A stretch of 64,000 nt of DNA, taken from positions 36,210,001 through 36,274,000 of the forward strand of contig NC_087437.1 in the NCBI RefSeq assembly GCF_036321535.1, given 5' to 3'. The position numbers and the translations under genes were made by a program. Of this stretch, positions 13,316-27,170 are shown piece after piece; the first letter of the stretch is position 1, and the number at the start of each line of letters is the position of its first letter. The stretch comes from Camelus dromedarius. Its lineage: Eukaryota. Under the pieces are notes generated by a model. That model had not been told where the DNA came from, searched no databases, and saw only the letters and a list, made by a program, of their open reading frames with translations.

Positions 13316-16300
13316 CCACAAGAGAAGAAATCTTTTTTTTTTTTATAATTCAAAGAAAGAAAAGAAACCCTTATATTCCATTCACTAACTAACTTTAAGC
13401 AAATAAGACAGGTTCACTTACAATTGCAGATTTATGACTTTTAAAATGTTAAAAAATCTACTAATATTGTAAGAATATTGAACTATAAAATAGGAGCTAA
13501 CCCTTTGTTTTTCAAATATACTTCTTGTTTGACATTTTCTTTTTATATTAGGTGTATTTTTGTATGCTGTATACAATGGTTGCTCATTCAGAGTTTTCTA
13601 TACTCTTCATGGATTTGTTTGCTTGGAGTAGGTACTGTGATAATGACTTGAAAATACATGCTGTATGTTAAACTGCTAACTCAAAATGTGTTTGTTGTGG
13701 GTCTGATGTCATCAGAAGGAAAGTCATGTTAATAATAGGTCTGCAAATTAAGCAGTTATAATTATGCACTGAAAAACTCCACTTTTCCTCAAGGCACTTT
13801 CCCCAAAGCTTTTTAAATTCCCTGTCTGGATCTCAATTAGTTATATGTATATTCTCAAATAGTTTTTATTAATTCTAATTATTTCACTTAAAACGTGGCA
13901 GCATGCTTTTTATATAATTCTTAAGAGTTCCATATAATTTCAAATTGAGATGGTCATATGAAACAGCATAATTTTGTAAGAAAGCCTACACTATCTTTAT
14001 TTGATGATGTCCATAAAAAACACACTCTGCAAATTCTACTTCTATATTCTGCAATTCTGCTTCTAAAGGAATTCTTCTCAGACTAACATTACTGGCTACG
14101 TTCATACATATTCTTAAATTCCAAGGGTAATTTTGTTCTGTTTTATGAAATCAAACAAAGCTTTCAGTTAAAGTGAGATGTATAGAAAATAAAGTGAGTA
14201 TTCTTGCTAATGTGTAAATGAGGGCCTAAAACATTATTATTCAAGGAATAAATCTTACTTCTCTGCTGTGATATTGCATGACCTGCAACTCAACTATGCT
14301 AAAAATTTCTCTTCCAAAGGACTATAATGTGGTAACAAGGCAGGGGGTGATTTACATTATTGTCTTATTGTAACTCTATCAAAAATTCTATTCCTTTTAA
14401 TTTGAGATTTAATCTATTTCAATTTGAGAGTTTCAGAGGAAGTCAAATAGAACTGAAATTAATTGATAAAACTCACTATGTCTTCTATTACAGTTCTTGG
14501 TATAATTGCCCACACTTTAGTCTGATCTCATTTAAGCCTGTATTTATTACTAACTTTAAACTGTATTGTAATTAGGTTAATAGCATGAGGGCAGGACAAA
14601 TTAAGATACTTTCACTGTAGGTTTTCAACCTGTATCCCACTGTGTGTGACTCAATTCATTATTCTTTTTGATTAAAGAGAATATCTCAAGCTACTGACCC
14701 ATAGAAGTTTAACTAAAGTCTTAGCTGAAACCGTGCCTCCTGATGTTTGAAATAAATATTTTATTAGATGTGATATTAACCAGCATAATTTATTAACCAA
14801 TGACAAATATTTGGAAAAGCTTAGCATATTTATAAATTTTGCAGAATGCTGTCCTGCTGGGAAGATAGAAACTCAGAGGATTAGTAATGAGCTACACATT
14901 CCCGTATCTGTTCCCAGAGGGAAAAGCCATTATCACATTGTGATTAAGTAATTTTTATATATTTGGAGCCTTGAAGAAATTACCCATTGGATTAAAAAAA
15001 AAAAGGCAGCTATGAAACAATCTGTAACTTGCACTGTAGTTTTGAAACAGAACTAGATTTTTAGTTTAAATCTAATCTTACCTAGGGACTATAAAGCAAA
15101 AATTCTAAGTCAGAACAGGATTGCTCTGTTGTAACTCAAGTACATATTTGCACTAAATGCCCCTTTCCAAGGTAGCTACTATATAAGCTTTTCAAGATTT
15201 ATTAAACTTTCAAGACTTACCAAGACTCTCACTTATTAAAACCTAGTACAGTTGAGAGAGGTAAGGATACAAGTGCTGGCCAATATTTCTGGTCAAAGGA
15301 GTACTCAGTGACTTCCCATTTCTATTTGATAGATTTTTTTAAGTGGGATATTAAATCAGTGTATTACTTCCATCAATATAAAATGCAAGTAAGTTATTTG
15401 GTACATTGGGGTAATGATGGATTTAGTGTCAGTGGACTTGGGATAAAATCCTAGCCCTGCATTTACTAACCATGACAAGGAATGGATCAACTAAACTACT
15501 GCACAGAGTGTAGAGTTCAGAGACACCCTCCCAGAGTCGTCGAGAGTGAAGAGCAGAAGAAAGCAGAAGTACCTTTGGAACAAAGCTAAAGGGTTTTTCA
15601 CTTAAAATGAAAAAAACTCTGACTCTGTAATATGTTAATAAAATTCTGATTTGTTTCACTGGGAATTATTATGAGGAATACAAAGCTGAGTGAGAATCCC
15701 AATAGCTTTAAGATTGACATATTTATTTCATTTAATACCTGGAAGTTAACATCAGGACTATGTGGTATTTATAGGCAACTATTTATATACTTTATTGAAT
15801 CAGTATGTAATTATTTTTAAAGAAAGGCTTTGGGGAAAATGTGTAAGTTCTGCTTTTAAAGAATGAGTTTATTTACAGTTACATTTACAATTAATCACTG
15901 TTGGTTCTTATAAACTGGAATAAAGGAAATCCACCAATGATTAAAAATTACCCATATGATTCTGCAGTATTATGTCTGCAAATTCATTCTAACTATACTG
16001 TGGTGGCCACATGCTACACCACTGACTTGGCTGTTTACCATGTCCACCTGTTTAAATAAACTGATCATATTAACAAATGGCCTTTTGTAGAAGTAATTGT
16101 GTAGCCTTGTTAAAGTTAGTCACTGAAATCTTAACTAGTTTTACATTGGCCAGTTAATATTTTCCTATTTAAATTATGAAAATATGTATTACTGAGATAT
16201 AGTGAGTTGCAATAAATCAATGGCATGGTATCACAATTTAACTGTGTATTTTATAATTTAAGATGCATCCTTAATTTTTTTTTATCATCTATTGGATCTG

Positions 16301-16444
16301 AGTGAGAATTTCCTAAATCAAATACTTTCATACACAAAAAAATGTAAAACATAATCCTGGTAGAATCTACAGTGAATAATTTTTTTTTAAAGCATTTGAT
16401 ATGTTTTACTGCTTTAGTTATACTGCTATTAACTTGGAATTTAC

Positions 16445-16575
16445 ACAGAAAGGTTAATTGCTTAGCATGCCAGAGGTCACAGAGCCCATAAATGGGAGAA
16501 TTCAGAACACATTTTTGAATTATGAACCTTGTTCTAGAACCCATGCTCATAACGGTTACATACTATGCTGCTCTC
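16445..16575 (+). mobile_element. MIR fragment
   Basis: agaaaggttaattgctt...ccagaggtcacagagc...ctagaacccatgctcataac resembles the MIR core. Confidence 0.5.
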
Positions 16576-16830
16576 CTAAGGCTGATAATGACTTTGAAAT
16601 AATACTCATCTCACTCATTTGGATCTTAAATTTTAACGAATGAGAAATGGAACTAAAAGGGGGCAGAAACTTAATTTATTACATCATATCTCTAATAAAA
16701 ATTGATCTTCTGTCCAAGATACAACCTAAGGCAAGTTTAGTCTTTGCACACTAACACAAGGATGTCCAGTTGAGTTGCATTGCACATTGGAGTTTGCTAC
16801 ATATATATCTCATAAGCAGCGAGTCCACAT

Positions 16831-16893
16831 CATATATATGATATATACACACATATATATATATACACACATACATGTATATATAGAGAGAGA
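16831..16893. repeat. Compound (TA)n/(CA)n/(GA)n microsatellite
   Basis: Read directly from the sequence. Confidence 0.85.
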
Positions 16894-17458
16894 GCTTAAG
16901 AACACTAGGAACAGAGCCAAGAAGTAAAGTGAACCAAAAAGTCTACCAATATAAATACAAGAGAGTAGATGTGCAAAGTATGTGCATTGATCTGTATCAT
17001 GCACATGATAAAGAGAGGTACAAAAATTTAATCCCAATATTTTGGTTATTCAAGTTCTTTTCAATCTATCCATAGCATTTTAATCTTCTCTTCTACCTAT
17101 TCAGCCCTCACTAAAATTCTGATACTCATTTACAATCCCTCCCTTCAACTGATTGAGCTCATGTTTGTCTGTAATATGTGGGTATTTTCAGTTCACAATT
17201 TCATTCTCAGAATCTTCAGAAATTTCTTTTATCTTTTGCAAGCGATCTCTAGATTTTTTAATTTTCCTTCATACATCCTTTGTATTTTCATTCAATTGCA
17301 TTCCTGCTCTAATGAAGTTTAGACACTTTCAATTCTGAGAAGCTTTTAATATGTTTCAAGGTGATTTGGGGGACCATCTAGTGAGCTTTAGAAACACGGA
17401 AATTGAAGAATTCTATCACATTCCCCTACTTTTATTCTCTGGTTCACATAATTTTCTA

Positions 17459-17625
17459 GGCAAATGTTTCTCAATCCAGTTTGCATATCTGAATCATATG
17501 GGGGCTTTTAAAAAATTCAAACACACAGGACTCCCCCTAGAATCTCTAGGAGAGGGGCACAAACATTCATAAATTTTCAAGCTATACAGGTAATTATAGC
17601 GTACACTCAAATTTGAGTACCCTTA
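17459..17625. mobile_element. MER5-family hAT-Charlie MITE
   Basis: tttctcaa...gaatcatatgggggcttttaaaaa...tttgagtacc layout. Confidence 0.55.
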
Positions 17626-18197
17626 GACCGGAAATTTTTTCTTGCTAATTAATTGATCAGATTCTGTTTTATATGCCTTCTCCCACTACAATACACAAAC
17701 CATTGAAAGAGCAATTAGGCTGCCTCTTCACTCTATAATTCAGCACCTAGAAGAATGGCTGACAGTATGTGGAGCAACGAAATGTTCCTTTAAGGAACAA
17801 ATAAAGAAACGAAAACTATTTCAGTTTTTCTAGATTTTAATGACTTTGTGATTTTATCATGGTTAAAATTCCCTTCCTTAGATCTGCAGATTTAGGAAAT
17901 TAATTTCATCAAGTATCCCAGAGATACCTCTGCTCACATGTTAAATAGGTTTACAATGATCATTAAAACCAAATGGCATTTAATTAAATTACTAGAGTAA
18001 TAGACCATTCCAATACTCTGAATATGAAGCAGAGCATCATTTTACTGGTTCTGAACTACTTGGAAAAATCATAATAATTGAGAGACTCTATAATAAGTGT
18101 AGACTCACTGCATAAATACTTTGATAGTTATCTGATGATAATGCTACATGTATGCATTCTCTTTTTGATTTTCTATAGTTTTTTTTATGGGATTGGT

Positions 18198-18242
18198 TTT
18201 ATTACAGCATCTTTAAAAGTGGTAAAATTTCTTAATTTTATT
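18198..18242 (-). promoter_or_regulatory. Two candidate AATAAA polyadenylation signals
   Basis: tttatt on + at 18198-18203 and 18237-18242, ~180-220 nt past the candidate stop. The hexamer is common in AT-rich DNA. Confidence 0.3.
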
Positions 18243-18417
18243 ATGCCTTTTATACCATTTAACTTACAAATGCCAAAGTATAAATAAAGATGATAATTTT
18301 ATAACTTAAAAAAAAAGTAGTCCTTGACTGGAACTCTCGTCAGAGATTGCAACGCACTGGCTGTGCAAAGAATCTGGTGTGGGTAGGGGAGCTTGCTCGT
18401 GGGAGGCCTGCCAGACC

Positions 18418-18498
18418 CTACAGCCTCTCTATTAAGAACTCTTGGATTAATGTGGTGTTGTTAGCAGAAGTCACATTGTTGTGGGCTGGAGAGCGAGT
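18418..18498 (-). CDS. Candidate terminal coding exon of an unidentified minus-strand gene (TRSPAHNNVTSANNTTLIQEFLIERL*)
   Basis: Strong acceptor ctctgacttctcactctccttccccttacacag. Phase-0 frame is open for 26 codons to TAG. AATAAA on the minus strand at 18237-18242 and 18198-18203. Non-repetitive and locally higher in GC. Confidence 0.5.
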   Translation of the reverse strand, partial: TRSPAHNNVTSANNTTLIQEFLIERL

Positions 18499-19270
18499 CT
18501 GTGTAAGGGGAAGGAGAGTGAGAAGTCAGAGACTAACAGGACACCTTAGGTACTATCCAGAAGAATGGAAATTTGCTCCTGGTGGACCCTGCTAACACCA
18601 GGGAAGGACAGAGGAGGGACAGTTTTTTGGAGAAAAAGAATATCTGTCGTACATTCATACGGAAAGAAAAGGAAGCAATGATATGATGCCTAGAGTTGGA
18701 GCCAATTAAACTGGCAAGATATGCTATCTTCAGAAAATAATTTAAGAAATAAGAGGAAAGGAACAAAAGACATTCATCTTGGAAGGACCCAGAGCACTTT
18801 GAAATTTTAAAGAAATACAATGATAGCTGCTAAACCACTTTTGTCATCATAATGGATGAAGTATTCAAATTTAAATGGTAACCAGAATTCTCCTATCATG
18901 TTACATTTCCACCAAGAGCTTTAGATGGCTCAAAAGGATTTCTTTTTAAGTTTAAACATTTACCGGTCAGAATTAACTACTGTTTTATTGAAATCTTTTT
19001 ATCTTTCATATATTTTATTATTACCTAGCCTATCATTGTGTGGGAAAGCGTGTACGTGAAAAGTAATAAATCTTGTTAAAACAGGTTGGAAATCTATACG
19101 CAGCTTAAAGTTATTAATTACTAATGATAAACAGTTTATTAAAAGATTCACAATGGAAACTGAGCAAAACTTTTCTTCAGTTGTCAAGTTTGAATATTTT
19201 GAAAAATTTGTTACCACGTCTCACACTTCATGGAATTAATACGCCAGGGGACTTTAAGTCAATTCGGGCC

Positions 19271-19290
19271 AAAAAAAAAAAAAAAAAAAA
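19271..19290. repeat. Poly(A)20
   Basis: Read directly from the sequence. Confidence 0.9.
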
Positions 19291-19550
19291 GTGCCCTGAA
19301 TAGAAGGAAGAAGTGCTCCTATCTACAATTATAAAATTTTTTATCATTTCAGCTTCCCTCAGGAACAAGATATACGATGATGAACTTTTGAGAATATTTA
19401 TGACACACTTCTCGCTGTTACCAAGAGTTACCGTTTAAAGCAAGATTTGCAAACTCAAATGCCTACAGGGGGTGGGCAGGTAATGTGAATGTTTGAAATA
19501 TGCCAGGTTGAAATATTCTTCACTTATAAGGGGAAAAAAGCACTCCTTAC

Positions 19551-19640
19551 CTTTTCTTGAAAGATATAGCCTTCTAGGTCAATTTTTACTTTTTCCACTT
19601 GTGAAATAGATAAGGGTACAAGTAGTGGTTTGCTTTCTTC
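19551..19640 (-). CDS. Candidate internal exon, 90 nt, phase 0-0 (EESKPLLVPLSISQVEKVKIDLEGYIFQEK)
   Basis: Pyrimidine tract then ttag acceptor; donor AAG|gtaagg; no stop; joins in frame to the 18498 exon. Requires skipping an AG 9 nt upstream. Confidence 0.42.
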
Positions 19641-20956
19641 CTAAGTTTACTATGAGAAGAATAAAAGTGGAAAGGTGATACTGAAAGCCACCTGCCACTT
19701 GAGTTAAGTGCTGCTATGACAACAGGGGATGATGGTGAATATACAGTAAAGTGGACTGCTGGTTCCTTATCCAAAAATGCAATAGCTATCTGACTCCAGG
19801 AAAGTTGTTGGCATGCCAACAGGGCCAGATCTCTAAAGTGCCAAGCAACAGCAATTGGAAATATGTATCTCTACATAGAAGAGACCAATTCTTACAGAAG
19901 TAGCCAAGTCTTTTGTTTTTAAATACCCTCCAGTATACATAAAGGGGGAAAAAAGTAAAAGATACTATGTGTCAAGCAGATCTAACTCTCCATCCACTCT
20001 TTATAACTTCTACTAGAGATTTAAATTTCATAAATCAAATCAACGATTTTTAAAGAAAATACTACATTTGCATGCAAAGTAATAAAGTTTGACCCTTACC
20101 TTACACAATATCCAAAAATTAACTCAAAATGGTTTAAAGACCTAGGCATAAGACCTAAAACTGTTATACTCCTAGAAGAAAACATGGGAAAAAGTTTTCT
20201 GATGTTGGATCTGGATGAGTTTTTGCTATGACACCAAAAGCACAGGCAACAAAATAAAAAAAATTGGCAAATGGGATTATACAAAACTTTAAACTTCTGT
20301 GTGACAAAGGAAAAAACAGAGTGAAAAGGTAACCAATGAAATGGGAAAAACGAAGTGCAAATCATACATTTAATGATGGGTTAATATTATCTAGACTATC
20401 TAAGAAACGTCTATAACTCAACAGTGTAAAAAACCCAATTTAAAGTTGACAAAGGACTTAAGTAGATATTCCTCCAAATTAGATATACAAATAGCTAATA
20501 AGCACATGAAAAGATGTTCAATATCACTAATTATTAGTGGAATGGAAATCAAAACCACAGCAAGATATTACCTCATATCCATCAGGATGGCCACTAACAA
20601 AAGTACAGGAAAAAAACAAGTATTGGTACTTGTACAGTGTTGGGAATATAAAATAGTACAGCTAGTATGGAAAGCAATTCAGGAATTCCTCAGAAACTTA
20701 AAAACAGAATTACCATATGATCCAACAATCCCACTTCTGGGTATCTATCAAAAAAAAAACCAAAAAAACAAAAAACACCTCAATCCAAGATCTTGAAGAG
20801 ATATTTGCACACCCATATTTATCACAACTTTTTTTCCCCCACAGTAGCCAAGAGGTAGAAGCAACCCAAATTTCTATTGACAGATGAATGGATTAAAAAA
20901 TATGGTATATACATACAATTGAATGTTAGATTGCTTTTAAAAGGAAAGAACTCCTT

Positions 20957-23305
20957 TTTGAGAAAATTCAACATCCATTTATAATAAAAACATTTCAGAA
21001 AGTGGGCACAGAGGGAACATACCTCAACATAAGAAAGGCAATATATGACAAACCCACAGCTAATATCATATTCAACTGTGAAAAACTGAAGGCATTCCTT
21101 CTAAGATCATAAACAAGACAAGATTGCTCACTCTCCCCACTTTTTTTCAACATAGTTTTGGAAGTCCTAGCCACAGAAATCCGAGAAGAAAATGAAATAA
21201 AAGGAATCCAAATTGGAAAGAAGTAAAACTGTCACTGTTTGCAGATGACATTACACTATACATAGAAAATCCTAAAGACACCACCAGAAAACTGTTAAAG
21301 GTCATTAATAAATTCGGTAAAGTTGCAGGATACAAAATTAGCATACAGAAATCTGTTGCATTTCTATTCACTAACAAAGAAATATAAGAAATAGAAATTA
21401 AGGAAACAATCTCATTTACCACGACATCAAAAAAGAATACCTAGGAATAAATCTACAGGAGGCATGACCTGTACTCCAAAAACTATGACACAGATGAAAG
21501 AAATTGAAGATGACAAAAACAGAGAGAAAGATATACCATGTTCTTGGACTGGAAGAATCAATTTGTTAAAATGACCATACTACCCAAGGCAATCTACAGA
21601 TTCAATGCAATCCCTATCAAATTACCAATGGCATTTTTCACAGAACTAGAACAAAAAATTTTAAAATTTGTACAGAAACATGAATGACCTCGCATACCCA
21701 AAACAATCTTGAGAAGGAAGAATGGAGTGGAAGAGTTCACACTCCTTGACTTCTGAGTATACTACAAAGCTACAGTAATCAAAATAGTATGGTAATGGCA
21801 CAAAAACAGACACATACATCAATGGAACAGGATAGAGGGCCCAGAAATAAATGCACATACTTATGGTCTACAACAAAGGGCGTAAGAATATACTATGGAG
21901 AAAGGACAGTCTCTTCAATCAGTGGTGCTAGGGCAATCTGGACAGCTACATGTAAAAGAATGAATTTAGAACATTCTCTAGCATCATATACAAAAATAAA
22001 CTCAAAGTGGGATAAAGACCTAAATGTTAAGACCAGATACCCTAAAACTCCTAGAGTAAAACACAGGCAAAACACACTTTGACATGAATTGCAGCAGCAT
22101 TTTTTTGGATCTGCCACCTAGAGCAATGGAAATAAAAACAAAAATAAAGAAATCAGACCTAATTAAACTTAAAAAAAACTTTTGCACAGCAAAAGAAACC
22201 ATAAAGTGAAAAGACAACCTACAGAATAGGACAAAATTTTTCCAAATGATGCGACCAATAAGGGATTAATTTTGAAAATATAAACAGCTCATACAGCGTA
22301 ATACAAAAAAAATTCAAACAAAAAAATGGATAGAAGACCTATATAGACATGTCTCCAAAGAAGATGTACAGATAGACAACAGGCACAGGAAAAAATGCTT
22401 AATATCACTAATTATTAGGGAAAAGCAAATCAAAACTACAATGAGGTATCATCTCACACAGGTCAGAATGACCACCACCAAAAATTCTACAAATAGTAAA
22501 TGCTGGAGAGGGTGAGAAAAAAGGAACCCTCCTACACTCATGTTGGGAATGTAAATTGGTGAAGCCACTATGGAGGACAGTATGCAGGTTCTTTAAAAAA
22601 TTAAAAATAGACTTATCACATGATTTTGCAGTCCCACTCCTGGGCATATATCTAGAAAAAACTCTAATTTGAAAAGATACATGCACTCCAGTGTTCATAG
22701 AAGCACTATTTACAATAGCCAAGACATGGAAGCAACCTAAATGTCCATTGACAGATGAATGGATAAAGTAGTTTGTGTTTCTATATATACATATATAGAT
22801 ATATATACACACACTTATATACATATGTATATATATTATATATAATGGAATATTGCTCAGCCATAAAAAAGAATGAAATAATGCCATTTGTAGCAACATG
22901 GATGGCTCTAGAGATTATCATACTAAGCGAAATAAGTCAAAGACAAAAAGCATATGAGACCACTTATACGTAGAATCTTAAAAAAAAAAGGCACAAATAA
23001 ACTTATTTATAAAACAGAAATAGATTCATAGGTATAGAAAACAAACTTATGGTTACCAAAGGAGAAAGGGAGTAGGGAGGGATAAATTAGGAGTTTGGGA
23101 TTAGCAGATACAAATTACCATATATAAAATAGATAAATAAGGACCTACAGTATAGCAGAGGGAACTATATTTAGTCTCTTGTAATAACCAATAGTGGAAA
23201 TACACACACACATATATATGAGGCTGAATCCCTTTCCTGTACACTTGAAACTAACACAACATTGTAACTCATCTGTACTGCAATAAAAAAATTAAAAAAT
23301 TTTAA
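20957..23305 (+). mobile_element. 5'-truncated artiodactyl-type L1 (RT to poly(A)) nested in the older L1
   Basis: Starts at the equivalent of [13 protein letters not shown] at ~21238; artiodactyl-type 3' UTR; 12-bp TSD aaagaactcctt (20945-20956) / aaagaaatcctt (23306-23317). Confidence 0.92.
22783..22845. repeat. (TA)n-rich microsatellite inside the L1
   Basis: Read directly from the sequence. Confidence 0.8.
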
Positions 23306-24087
23306 AAAGAAATCCTTGTCACATGCTACAAAATGGTAGAACATAGAGGACATCATGCTAAGAAAGATAAATTAGCCACAAAAGGACAAATATTGTATGA
23401 TACCACTTATATGAGATATTTAATGTACTCAAAATCAGAGAAACAGAAAGTAAAAAGATGGTCACCTGGGGCTGGCAAGAGGGAGAATTAGTATTTGGCA
23501 GACTTCAGTGTTGCCAATGAAAAGTTCTGGAGATTTATTGCACAATCATGTGAAGACACTTAACACTATTCAACTGTACACTTAAAAGTAGTGAAGATGG
23601 TAAATTCACTATTACGTGTTTATACCACAATTTAAAACCATTATCATATTTTAGAGCACTCTCATAGGCATAATCATTACAATCTAGAGGACATTTTAAG
23701 ATTTAATTTAATGATCCTCTCTTGCTTTTTGACTATTTATTAAATGTATGTTAAAAATGTAAAGATTTTATTTTAACTACAAAAAGAGATAGATACATGG
23801 ATCAGGCACCAGGAATTTACCACACAGGTTTTTTACCACTGCTTCATTACTGAACCAATTTTAATAATATAAGAATTTAATTAATTACTTTAGCCAATGA
23901 AGCCACATAAGTCTATGTTCCACAAACTTAATTATCCACTTCTCAAAGGAATACTGTCCACAATTCTCCTGGAGAAACCTGTCAATAGTATTAACAGAAA
24001 ATAAGAAGTATGCTTTCTATAGTAGCTGAAGATCAGTGCTGACTCATCAAGTTCTGCTCTGAGTATTGAAACTCAAAGTGTACTCAC

Positions 24088-24130
24088 AGGTTCAGATGTT
24101 GAAGAGTGCTGGTTTTTCAGAGGGAAGTGT
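24088..24130 (-). CDS. Weak candidate exon, 43 nt (HFPLKNQHSSTSEP), phase-compatible with 19640
   Basis: Donor CT|gtgagt; mediocre acceptor tttcttataaag; open frame ending in phase 0. Confidence 0.2.
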
Positions 24131-25809
24131 CTTTATAAGAAATTTTAGCTCTTACAAGTGTAGACAATGGAAATATAAAGTTAGATGGTCTGGGGCACTT
24201 TCATTAACACTTTAAATAAACTGGGTTTTACATATACATACACCATACATACACACACGTAATTCGGGATTGGATTTTCCATAACTCCATTTCTGATATC
24301 CAATTGTAATATAACTTATTGTGTTGAGAAATCCCAAACTCTTCCCTCTTAGGAAATGCTACTTCTTTACTTCCACTTAATTTTCTCGTTATTTGAAAAG
24401 ATATCCTTAAAATGGCAAATCATCTTTTCATGAAATCTATATAATCTCAACATGTTGAAAAATACCTAAACTCAGAGGTAAAGTCTAAAAAGAATATTAT
24501 CACTCATGACGTTGAGACATGTAAAATCAGGGGAAATTCTCTCTCTTCTTCCCTTATTACAGGAAAAGGGCAATCACAGTTTGGAATAAGGATTTTTTAA
24601 TGAATTGTTTCAAAATCTCCATCTTTATACTGCTTATGACCTTCCTCAAAATATGGGGGAAGTTTTATTTGCTGTAAAAATCAATGAATTAAACTATTCT
24701 TACTTGTTAAGTATATTTTTATACACTGTTTTTAGAAGTGGAAAAGTGAAAAGTATTTAAGAAAAGAAAGGATGAAAGATAGTTTCCAGGATGAATATAA
24801 CCATGCTAATACTTGTTTAGTTACTTAACTTAACATCCCAAATTAACATATACTACTAGAACCATGTGGTCTTATATTTAGCATCTTTATTTTAAATTTT
24901 TTAATATATCAGTAACACCTAGAACCAGAAACCAAAACCCTTAATAGACCATGCCTCATTACAATTTTAAAATAACTATGTTTAACTTTTTCTCATATTG
25001 ACAAACGATCAGCTCAACTGCTTGGTGTTTACTTTTACTGTAAAATATATGTTCTTTTTTTATGTTATTGGCTTAATTTCTTTCTGCACTGATGGTAGTT
25101 CCTTAAAAATAATATATTCTTCTTAAATTCTGTGTATGAATGAAAGAATCAATTTGAAACAGCCAGCTTAAGCAACACATGCAAATATTCAACAAACAAA
25201 ATAGATATTTGATGAAAAACCGTATAGAAAAGACTAGAAAAACCCAATCAATTGTAATTGCATAAAAATAATGAGGTTATTTTTCATTCCTCACATTTTG
25301 CTGGCATACAAGCTATAAATTGAAAAAGAGCTCAGGAATAGTCATAGGACATTACCCACACCTGTAAAATATTTTTGCATCTCTAAAATAACTGTGGGTT
25401 ACAAAATATTTAGAAAGATAATAATTACAGCAATATATATTTTAATATATGCTGTACCAAATTAAATTTTGGCCAAAGTTATATATTATTTTAGCTTCCT
25501 GATCAATTATTTTTCTCATTTATCAAAAGTTCAGTTATGTTACATTAACAACACATTTCTATAAAGACAAATTTACAAATTGCTTTAATAAGTAATTAGT
25601 AAGGACTAAAAAGAGTTAAGAAGCAAAGGTTTTTAAAGTAAATTTCTCTCTAATTTGATCCTAATTATTTATTCTGTATGTATATTACTTTAAAAAATGT
25701 TATATCCTAAAGGTGTTCACAAATTACTATTAAATAGATCCTTTTCATCTTTGGTTCCAGAACAACAATATCATGTTATCTTTACCAGAGTGGCATTTTC
25801 TATTTTTAA

Positions 25810-25960
25810 TAATATTAACTACCAAGACATATTGAGCACATACAGTGTGTCAGCATGGTGCTAAATTAAATGCATTAGTACAATTTATCCTCACAGTAAA
25901 TGTGGCAGGCGAAGAGCTTAAACGTCAGTTAACTTTTGTTCACACAGCTAGTAAGAAATA
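25810..25960 (+). mobile_element. MIR fragment
   Basis: tattgagcacatacagtgtgtcagcatggtgctaa...tttatcctcacag...cacacagctagtaag. Confidence 0.6.
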
Positions 25961-26002
25961 AACTGAAAGACACTAGATCAAATAAGATGATTACTTTTCC
26001 AG

Positions 26003-26355
26003 ACTGCCTGTTTTCCCCGAATGTGTATGATGAAGCCCTATCCTCAATGTGATGGATTAGGAAGTGGGGCCTTGGGGAGATGATTAGGATTAGATGAGGT
26101 CATGAGTGTGGAACCCTCATGAATGCAATTAGTGCCCTCATAAGAGTTAGGAGAAAGCTTGCTCCTTCTCTCTGCCGTGTGAAGATACAAGGAGAAGACA
26201 GTCACCTACAAGTCAGGAAATGGTCCTTAATAGACACCAGATCTGCCGGGCCCCATGATCTTGAACTTCCCAGCTTCTAAGACTTCAAGAAATAAAATGT
26301 TTGTTGCCTAAGCTATTCAGTGTATGGTATTTTGTTACAGTTACCTGAAATAAGA
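26003..26355 (+). mobile_element. MaLR LTR (MLT1A-like)
   Basis: tcaatgtgatggattaggaagtggggcctt...gatgaggtcatgag...tgatcttgaacttcccagc...gtatggtattttgttacag. Confidence 0.85.
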
Positions 26356-26689
26356 TAATTGCTAATGAAAATTTCCACAGACATTCAGCATAAACTTCAT
26401 ATATTCAGAGTTCTAATTTTAAATTCTAAGTTGCCAAAGGAAAAGAATATTAAGAAATTGTATCTTCATTTTTCTTTAAGTTCTGAAAATAGGTAAGTTC
26501 TAGCCTGGTATTACTTTTGTATATACCTTTGGATCTGGAAGAAGAGAAAAATAAAAAAAAAAAGGGAAGCCCCTGCTTAAGAAATCCTAATGACAACCAT
26601 CTCATCACATAGATTTGAGACTTAAATCTATACTACCTTTGCAGAATTTAAAAACAAAATAGGTGATAAGGCATATTAGTGCTATATTA

Positions 26690-27170
26690 ATGCCCACTAA
26701 ATGATAAGGTGAGAAAGGCAATTCACCACTGTGGTTATCTTTCCCAAAATCCATTACCCCAGACTAAACATGAGGAAAAACATCATCCAAACCCAAATTG
26801 AGGAACGTTCTACAAAGTATCTGACCAGGAGTCCTCAAAATGATCAAGATCACAAAAAAAACAAAGAAAGATAGAAAAACTGCCACAGATTGGAGGAGAC
26901 TAAGGAGGCATGAAAGCTAAATGCAGTATGGGATTCTGAGTGGTATATTGGTAAAGAAAAGGACATTAGTGATACCACTAGTGAAATTCAAATTAACCCT
27001 AGAGTTTAATGTACCAACGTGGTTTTCCTGGATAGAACACACCAACCATAGCAGTAAGATATTAACAAATGGGGATACTAAGAAAACTATATGGAAACTT
27101 CGGTATTATGTTCGCAACTTTTCTGTGAAACTAAAACTGTCCTAAAAGAAAGACTTTATTAAAAAAAAAT
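26690..27170 (+). mobile_element. L1MC-like 3' end
   Basis: aaacccaaattgaggaacgttctacaaa, ggagactaaggaggcatga..ctaaatgcagtatggga, gcaacttttctgtgaa, A-rich tail. Confidence 0.8.

Larger units (their letters stand above)
20090..23635 (+). mobile_element. Older L1 (L1MA/MB-like) 3' portion, split by a younger L1
   Basis: ORF2 C-terminal motifs (KHMKRCSISLII, ELPYDPTIPLLGIY) up to ~20956. The element resumes at 23318 (gtcacatgctacaaaatgg...aagttctggagat...accacaattt). Confidence 0.88.

Noticed and set aside
18340..18400. RFFAQPVRC resembling a remembered GPCR splice-variant tail
   Set aside because: Too short, lies past the candidate stop, and the surrounding residues do not match; no gene symbol assigned.
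19271..19290. Poly(A)20 as a retrocopy tail
   Set aside because: No TSD and no recognisable upstream element.
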